From assembly GCA_903869955.1 (NCBI GenBank), contig CAIQBC010000130.1, forward strand, positions 1 through 44,221: 44,221 nucleotides of DNA. The letters run 5' to 3'. The position numbers were made by a program, and so were the translations under genes. How positions within the stretch are numbered: the stretch's first letter is position 1; each line of letters begins with the position of its first letter. Shown here in pieces: positions 39,032 to 44,221 of the stretch. The DNA is from an uncultured Opitutia bacterium. GTDB lineage: Bacteria > Verrucomicrobiota > Verrucomicrobiia > Opitutales > Opitutaceae. Below the pieces are notes generated by a model, which worked only from the letters and a program-made list of their open reading frames with translations, was not told the DNA's origin and did no database searches.

Positions 39032-39113
39032 GGAGAAAAGGGGGCCAGCGAAACAGTTCTGCCTGGTGGCAGGCAAGGAAAAGGTTGGTCGGGTAGTGGC
39101 TCAGTTTGGTAGG

Positions 39114-39177
39114 GACGGCTCTCCGAGCCGTCTGCGGCCGCCGCGTAGAGCCCCCTTATCGTGGGGCTGTTTGTTCT
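39114..39177 (+). other. Two stem-loops in the serA / HD-gene divergent spacer; the second resembles an intrinsic terminator
   Basis: GACGGCTC tcc GAGCCGTC at 39114..39132. AGCCCC cttatcgt GGGGCT at 39149..39168, followed by GTTTGTTCT. Confidence 0.3.
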
Positions 39178-39382
39178 CATCTCCGGGGCGGTCAATCAAG
39201 GGGTTGTCGCGATCGGGATTGGCTTTTTGATGATGCTGGGCGGGTTGATTTTATCCGTGCTCAAGGGCCAAAACCTGCGCGTCACCCGCATCCACAACGG
39301 CGAAGCGTGGATCGCCGGAGTGGCCTTGAATTTTTGGCATCGCTCCCTCCCTGCGCGTGAGAACAGTTTGCGGCATGGCTGA
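39161..39382 (+). CDS. Doubtful small membrane ORF (GTG start)
   Basis: 73 codons with one or two hydrophobic segments. It starts inside a hairpin and overlaps the HD gene start. I recognise no family. Confidence 0.2.
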   Translation: MGLFVLISGAVNQGVVAIGIGFLMMLGGLILSVLKGQNLRVTRIHNGEAWIAGVALNFWHRSLPARENSLRHG

Positions 39383-39971
39383 CACCGACCGCCTCGCCCA
39401 GCAGATGCGTTTCATCCTCGAAGCCGACCGGCTCAAGGAAATCTTCCGCCAGTCACTGCTCACCCAGAGCCGTCGCCGCGAAAACGATGCCGAGCACTCG
39501 TGGCATCTCGGCCTCATGGTCATCGTGCTCGCCGAACACGCCAATTTTCCGTCGCTCGACCGGCTGCACGTGCTGAAAATGCTGCTCATCCACGACCTCG
39601 TCGAGATTGATGCGGGAGATACGTTTGCCTACGACGAAGCGGCGCTCGCCGGTCAGCACGAGCGCGAGGCGCGCGGGGCCGAGCGCGTCTTCGGGCTGCT
39701 GCCAGCCGACCAGGCGGCGGAGTTCCGTGCGTTGTGGGACGAGTTTGAGGCAAAGCAGACGCCCGAATCGAAATTCGCCGCCGCGCTCGACCGCCTTCAG
39801 CCGATGCTGCTCAACGCCCACACCGAGGGCGCGGCCTGGCGGAAACACGGGGTGAAGCTCGCGCAAGTCCGCGACCGCAATGCTCATATCGCCGATGGCT
39901 CGGGCGCGCTTTGGGACTACGCTGCCAACATGATCGAAACGGCGGCGGCGGTCGGGCATCTGGAGAGATGA
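39375..39971 (+). CDS. HD-domain phosphohydrolase (YfbR-like 5'-nucleotidase family)
   Basis: RRENDAEHSWHL, LLIHDLVEIDAGD. ATG at 39375. Confidence 0.85.
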   Translation: MADTDRLAQQMRFILEADRLKEIFRQSLLTQSRRRENDAEHSWHLGLMVIVLAEHANFPSLDRLHVLKMLLIHDLVEIDAGDTFAYDEAALAGQHEREARGAERVFGLLPADQAAEFRALWDEFEAKQTPESKFAAALDRLQPMLLNAHTEGAAWRKHGVKLAQVRDRNAHIADGSGALWDYAANMIETAAAVGHLER

Positions 39972-40010
39972 CGGCCGAGCTAAAACCCACCCTTGTCCTA
40001 CGTACCACTA

Positions 40011-40165
40011 CGTTTACCATCTTTATGCCCGTTTATTCACCCGTTTTAGCCCGTTTCTGGGCCGTTTACCAAGCCGGGCGCCCACTTCCACTTTTCCTTC
40101 TTTTACCTCTGAAATTTTCCTTTCACTCCTCCGTTTTTTGGCTTCCACCCGTTTTTCACCCGTTT
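40011..40165 (+). repeat. Array of eight same-orientation (C)CCGTTT repeats within a pyrimidine-rich tract
   Basis: CGTTT starts at 40011, 40030, 40042, 40052, 40063, 40132, 40150 and 40161. Fuller copies read CACCCGTTT(A/T)T. 50 of 60 nt at 40081..40140 are pyrimidines. Confidence 0.9.
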
Positions 40166-40247
40166 ATTTGAGTCCCAGTCGGCCAGTCAATCTCGCACCA
40201 AGTAGGGCAGGCGTCTGCACCCCAGACATCGTTGGGCCGACAGCCTG

Positions 40248-40994
40248 TCAGGTCGGCCCCGGCCCGTCTGCAAGGCCTTCGGGACGACGTTTACGCGTCA
40301 GCACCCGCCACGGGAAAAAATAGGTCGCATAGATTACGGCGTATACCACGAAGTTCTCAAGCTGCACGAGGTGCGCAAAGAGAAAGAAAAAAATCAGCAA
40401 ATGCATCCGCAGGACGTTTTTGTAGGGGGTTAGCATTCCGGTGAAGCCGGCCGCCTTGCGCCGTGCGATGGCCTCCGGTGTCACTGCCGTGTCCGGTGTG
40501 GGTGGGATCCGAAAGGCTGCGCGTTCGGCGATGAATGCCATGGGCAGGAAAATCCAATAGCGTCGTAGCACCTCCTCATAGACGGCCAGTCCTGCCAGGC
40601 CATGATTGCTCTGGTCGTTGACTGGAAAAAGCACCTTCAGGAACTGCGCATAAATGTAATGAAACCCTCCGAAGTGGAGTGTAAAAAATATCAGCGAAAA
40701 CAGGCCGGCTATGAGCAGCACGACCCCGCCCATCGCCACCTGCCACCATGGAAGCTGTTGCAACAAGGCCCGGTCGTGCCATGCGCCCCGCATGATGGTC
40801 GCGCCTGGCCCGAAAATCGCCCATATGATTATGGCGTGGCCGACAACGAGACTCGATAGCCACAAGCTCCATATGAGGTCGGCCGTGTTCCAGCCCGCCC
40901 ACCATGCGGCACCGAGGCCGAGCACGAACGCCAGCAGGTCAGGCCACACGCCCGTCCGGCTTCCGGATGCAGCCGTTGACTCCGACCCGTCCAT
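40248..40994 (-). CDS. Multi-pass membrane protein, family not recognised
   Basis: 248 aa with about six hydrophobic segments (LWLSSLVVGHAIIIWAIFG, FFTLHFGGFHYIY). Its start lies 1 nt after the upstream VOC gene stop. Confidence 0.65.
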   Translation of the reverse strand: MDGSESTAASGSRTGVWPDLLAFVLGLGAAWWAGWNTADLIWSLWLSSLVVGHAIIIWAIFGPGATIMRGAWHDRALLQQLPWWQVAMGGVVLLIAGLFSLIFFTLHFGGFHYIYAQFLKVLFPVNDQSNHGLAGLAVYEEVLRRYWIFLPMAFIAERAAFRIPPTPDTAVTPEAIARRKAAGFTGMLTPYKNVLRMHLLIFFFLFAHLVQLENFVVYAVIYATYFFPWRVLTRKRRPEGLADGPGPT

Positions 40995-40995
40995 G

Positions 40996-41385
40996 TCACT
41001 TCGCGTGCTCGATCAACTCGATCTCGTAGCCTTCGGGCGCGTCAATGAACGCGATGGTTGAACCGCTCCCGGTCAGCGTCGGGCCGTCGCTGAGCTGGAA
41101 GCCTTTTTTTGCCGCGGCGGCCGTGAACGCCGTCAGGTCCCCTACCTCAAACGCGAGATGCATCAGGTCCGGTTGTACTTCGACAGGGGGTGCACCCGGC
41201 GGCATCTGGCAGATCTCGATCTCTTCCTCGCTGTTCGGCGTGGCAAGAAACACAATCTGCGCGCCGCGCGGCGAAATGCTGCGCCGGGCCACGGTGAGAC
41301 CAAGTGCGTCCTGATAAAATTTCACGGTGCGTTCGAGGTCGTTCACCCGCAGCCGGGTGTGGAGGAGTTTTTTGACGTTGGGCAT
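40996..41385 (-). CDS. VOC-family (glyoxalase I-like) protein
   Basis: LLHTRLRVNDLERTVKFYQDALGL, MHLAFEV, GYEIELIE. ATG at 41385. Confidence 0.85.
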   Translation of the reverse strand: MPNVKKLLHTRLRVNDLERTVKFYQDALGLTVARRSISPRGAQIVFLATPNSEEEIEICQMPPGAPPVEVQPDLMHLAFEVGDLTAFTAAAAKKGFQLSDGPTLTGSGSTIAFIDAPEGYEIELIEHAK

Positions 41386-41509
41386 GGGCGAACAGGGTGG
41401 GGGATCGGCGATGAATGATGGGTTTTGTCGCGTTGATAAGGCAACGCCCATGTTCTTGGCTTGGCCGCCCCTTCTGTTTCCCACTCTTTGGTTCTGACTG
41501 CTATCCGGC

Positions 41510-42754
41510 TCACGCCCGCGTCCGGGGCGGCTCGACCTCGGGCAGAAATCCCGTCAACAATCCAATCAGTGGCAGCCAGGCGCAGACCTTGAACACAAAG
41601 CCGATGCTGGTGTGGTCGGCAAACACGCCCAGCAGTGCTGAGCCAATGCCGGCCATGCCAAACGCCAGTCCGAAAAACAGGCCCGCGACCAGACCCACGT
41701 TGCCCGGAACCAGTTCCTGCGCATAGACGATGATCGCCGGGAAGGCCGACGCCAGGATCACCCCGATGCAGACGGTGAGGGCGATGGCGACCGGCAGGTT
41801 CACATACGGCAGCAGCAGCGAGAACGGCGCCACGCCGAGAATAGAAATCCAGATCACGCGCTTGCGGCCGATGCGGTCGCCCACCGGGCCGCCGATGATG
41901 GTGCCCGCCGCCACGGCAAACAGGAATACGAACAACGCATACTGCGCCTGCGGTACCGAAAGCTTGAAGCGGTCAATGAGGTAGAACGTGTAATAATTGC
42001 TCAGGCTTACCAAGTAGATGAATTTCGAGAAAATCAGCACCACGAGGACGGCCAGCGCCCACGCCACTTGCCCGCGAGAAAGTGCCAATCGGTGCTCCGC
42101 GCCGTGCCCCGTGCCTTTCGCCCGACGGTCGGCGAGATGCCGCCGATACCAGCCGCCAACTTTCGACAGGACAAAGATGCCCAGCAGGGCGATGGCTGAA
42201 AACCATAGGATCGAGCCCTGGCCGTGCCGCACCACGACCAGCGCCGCCAGCAGCGGACCTAACGACGAGCCAAGGTTGCCGCCCACTTGGAAAAGCGACT
42301 GGGCAAAACCATGCCGCCCACCCGAGGCCAGCCGCGCCACCCGCGAGGCCTCCGGATGAAAAATCGCCGACCCCACGCCCACCAAAGCCGCCGCAGCGAG
42401 AATGGCGGGGAAACTGCCTGCCTGCGACAGCAGCACCAGCCCGACGAGGGTTACGCCCATGCCTGTGGCCAGCGAATAGGGCTGGGGCCGGCGGTCAGTG
42501 TAGAAACCCACGAGTGGCTGGAGCAACGACCCGGTCATTTGAAAAACAAATGTGATGGTTCCGATCTGGGCGTAGTTGAGCCGGAACGAGTCCTTCAGCA
42601 CGGGGTAAATGGCGGGAAGCAGCGACTGGATCGTGTCGTTCAGTAGGTGCGACAGGCTCAGCGCGAGGAGGACGGTCATCACCGTCGTCTCGGCGGTGGA
42701 CTGGCCGGGATGCTTCGGTTCGGGAACGGAGGTTTTGACGGCGCTCTGACTCAT
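41510..42754 (-). CDS. MFS transporter (Fsr / fosmidomycin-resistance-like)
   Basis: 414 aa with about 12 TM segments and the N-terminal motif SHLLNDTIQSLLPAIYPVLKDSF...GFYTDRRP. Confidence 0.88.
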   Translation of the reverse strand: MSQSAVKTSVPEPKHPGQSTAETTVMTVLLALSLSHLLNDTIQSLLPAIYPVLKDSFRLNYAQIGTITFVFQMTGSLLQPLVGFYTDRRPQPYSLATGMGVTLVGLVLLSQAGSFPAILAAAALVGVGSAIFHPEASRVARLASGGRHGFAQSLFQVGGNLGSSLGPLLAALVVVRHGQGSILWFSAIALLGIFVLSKVGGWYRRHLADRRAKGTGHGAEHRLALSRGQVAWALAVLVVLIFSKFIYLVSLSNYYTFYLIDRFKLSVPQAQYALFVFLFAVAAGTIIGGPVGDRIGRKRVIWISILGVAPFSLLLPYVNLPVAIALTVCIGVILASAFPAIIVYAQELVPGNVGLVAGLFFGLAFGMAGIGSALLGVFADHTSIGFVFKVCAWLPLIGLLTGFLPEVEPPRTRA

Positions 42755-43145
42755 GTGGCCGTCACAGTCACCGGCGCTTTTTGGGAGTCAAGAAACCCGC
42801 TGTTTTCGAGTCGGGGCCAACAATTGGCGGGGGAGGCTGGTGCTCGGAATGGATTTGATCCTACGGGGCTTGCTTCCAAAGGCACTGCTTGCCCATTGAC
42901 GGATTGATTCTTCTGCTAGGCGGCAGCCGAACTGGAGCCGTTTTAATTTTCCGAACTTCGAATCGTGAATCCTCAGATGGGAGGTAAATCCCCGACAGAT
43001 GGCCTCGCTTGGGGTCCGTGATTCCGTTGGTCGCCACTAGCAACAGGTCAAAATGTAACATTCGTGGAGTTGCATGCCACCGGCCGAGGCGTAACTCTGA
43101 TGTAACAGCGCAGCCATTCACTGAGACTTTCCTCCCCCCGCGCCC

Positions 43146-43547
43146 ATGAAGACCACCCTTAGCACCAAACCGGCAAATCCCGCCGTCAGTATCCGCGAAC
43201 TTTCTGCCAAACTCGTCGCCGCGAAGAAGCGTGCACAGGCGGCAAAAGCCGATCTCAAGCAGGCCCGCAAGGCTTGGAAACATGCCAAAAAATCCGCGAA
43301 AGAGACACGTAAGACGGCCAAGGCGCTGAGAAAGCAACTGGCCGCGGCCAGGGCGGCGCTGGCCAAGAAGGCCAAGGCTGCGAAATCGCGCGCCGTCGCC
43401 ACGCAGACCAAGCATACGTTACGCAAAAAGCCCGGCGCATCCAATGCGGTCGCGCCGGTAAAAAATGGGCTCGTCGCACCCGCTTCCCTGCTCCCCGTGC
43501 CTGTCCAACCCGCCGCCACGGATGCACCTGCCGCGCCAACGGTCTGA
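43146..43547 (+). CDS. Lys/Ala-rich basic protein (histone H1 / Hc1-like composition) with a Pro/Ala tail
   Basis: 133 aa. The core reads AKLVAAKKRAQAAKADLKQARKAWKHAKKSAKETRKTAKALRKQLAAARAALAKKAKAAKSRA. It is the only sizeable ORF in this spacer with an ATG start. Confidence 0.55.
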   Translation: MKTTLSTKPANPAVSIRELSAKLVAAKKRAQAAKADLKQARKAWKHAKKSAKETRKTAKALRKQLAAARAALAKKAKAAKSRAVATQTKHTLRKKPGASNAVAPVKNGLVAPASLLPVPVQPAATDAPAAPTV

Positions 43548-43606
43548 GTTCCAAGTCCGCCACCAGAGCAGGCCATGCCCGCCGGGAAGTTTCTGTGGGC
43601 TGGTTT

Positions 43607-44221
43607 TCATACCGCTTCGTCGCCAAGACAGGTTTCGACGAGGCGCGCGGTCTTGATCCAAGCATGGTCGGGCGGTACGGTGCGCTTGAAGCCGGCAACA
43701 TTCTCCAGCGGCACGGGCACGCACTCGGTGCCTTTGACGGCGACCATGATGTTGTAGTGGCCCTGGGCCAGCAGCTCACCGGCCTTGGTGCCGAGACGTG
43801 TGCAGAGCAGCCGGTCAAACGCCGTCGGCGGGCCGCCGCGCTGCACATGGCCCAGTGACGTGACCCGTGCCTCGACGCCGGTGAGTTGTTGGATATGTCG
43901 GGCGAGCCGGCTCGCCACCGATTCATGTACCAGATGAACGGCATCAGGCGCGTGGGGCGCGAGGACGGCTGGTGCGGTGGCGGATTCAGTTTTTCGCTTT
44001 TTTTTGCCGTGCAGCGCACGACGTTCCGCCTCGGAGCGGGAAACGATGCCCTCGGCGACGGCGATGATGGAGAAACGTTTCCCGCTGCGCCGGCGCTGCG
44101 TGAGCGTGCGGACCACGGCGTCGAGATCGTAGGGAATCTCCGGGATGAGAATTACATCTGCGCCGCCGGCGATGCCGGCACCGAGACACAGCCAGCCGGC
44201 GTCGTGGCCCATGATCTCGCA
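43607..44221 (-). CDS. 6-phosphofructokinase, C-terminal part; the 5' end lies outside the window
   Basis: The frame is open to the window edge: CEIMGHDAGWL, ADVILIPEIPY, LGHVQRGGPPTAFDR. Confidence 0.9.
   Translation of the reverse strand, partial: CEIMGHDAGWLCLGAGIAGGADVILIPEIPYDLDAVVRTLTQRRRSGKRFSIIAVAEGIVSRSEAERRALHGKKKRKTESATAPAVLAPHAPDAVHLVHESVASRLARHIQQLTGVEARVTSLGHVQRGGPPTAFDRLLCTRLGTKAGELLAQGHYNIMVAVKGTECVPVPLENVAGFKRTVPPDHAWIKTARLVETCLGDEAV

Noticed and set aside
39090-39135. Possible tRNA gene (D-arm-like GGCTCAGTTTGGTAG followed by a stem-loop)
   Set aside because: I could not fold a cloverleaf. There is no matching acceptor stem, the D-stem does not pair, no GTTCRANNC T-loop is present, and the stem-loop has a 3-nt loop rather than a 7-nt anticodon loop.
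40011-40165. CRISPR-like or tandem-repeat reading of the CCGTTT array
   Set aside because: The repeat core is only 6-11 nt with irregular 10-19 nt spacing and a 69-nt gap. That is far too short for CRISPR repeats, and no cas genes are nearby. I kept it as a repeat or regulatory candidate instead.
39911-40171. 86-aa + strand ORF covering the CCGTTT array
   Set aside because: It starts inside the HD gene in another frame. Its translation (…FMPVYSPVLARFWAVY…LPPVFHPFI) merely mirrors the DNA repeat, and it has no credible start context.
40234-40259. 8-bp hairpin GGGCCGAC...GTCGGCCC as a terminator of the membrane-protein gene
   Set aside because: It encloses the stop codon (40248..40250) rather than following it, has a 10-nt loop, and has no U-tract on the minus strand.

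Overview
This is a 44.2-kb, strongly GC-rich chromosomal segment (43 of 60 nt are G/C at 1201..1260). Most long antisense or overlapping ORFs in the track are GC-driven shadows. I call 41 protein-coding loci. I recognise no rRNA, tRNA, CRISPR array, transposase or integrase. Gene order: type IIA topoisomerase B/A pair; an AT-rich islet with an orphan lipoprotein; an ABC-2 exporter pair; MORN protein plus class-B acid phosphatase; YhbY; a translationally coupled DUF350 / lipoprotein / GspS-like ATP-grasp / double-DUF4178 / LctP-permease cassette; TVP38; xseA; recQ; a 2-hydroxyacid dehydrogenase; a YbaY-LysM lipoprotein; a ~2,050-codon DUF3857-transglutaminase-helical-repeat gene coupled to an 11-TPR lipoprotein; flavin reductase-moaD-moaC; ppk1; def; a thrC-lysC-hom-plsY-serA block; an HD hydrolase; VOC / membrane / MFS genes; a Lys/Ala-rich basic protein; a pfk fragment. 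Best candidates for something new: (1) the uncharacterised ATP-grasp ligase cassette at 8224..12997; (2) the giant secreted transglutaminase plus TPR and LysM lipoprotein neighbourhood; (3) two otherwise intact genes each broken by one in-frame nonsense codon (TAA in xseA, TAG just before the transglutaminase catalytic Cys); (4) a phased array of eight CCGTTT direct repeats in a polypyrimidine intergenic tract at about 39990..40170, whose minus strand would give a GGA-rich RNA; (5) three small low-GC genes wedged between housekeeping genes. The taxon cannot be established from the sequence. The repertoire would fit a GC-rich Gram-negative of the PVC/Bacteroidota-like type, but that is only a guess. 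All family assignments rest on motif recognition by eye and need HMM or BLAST confirmation.
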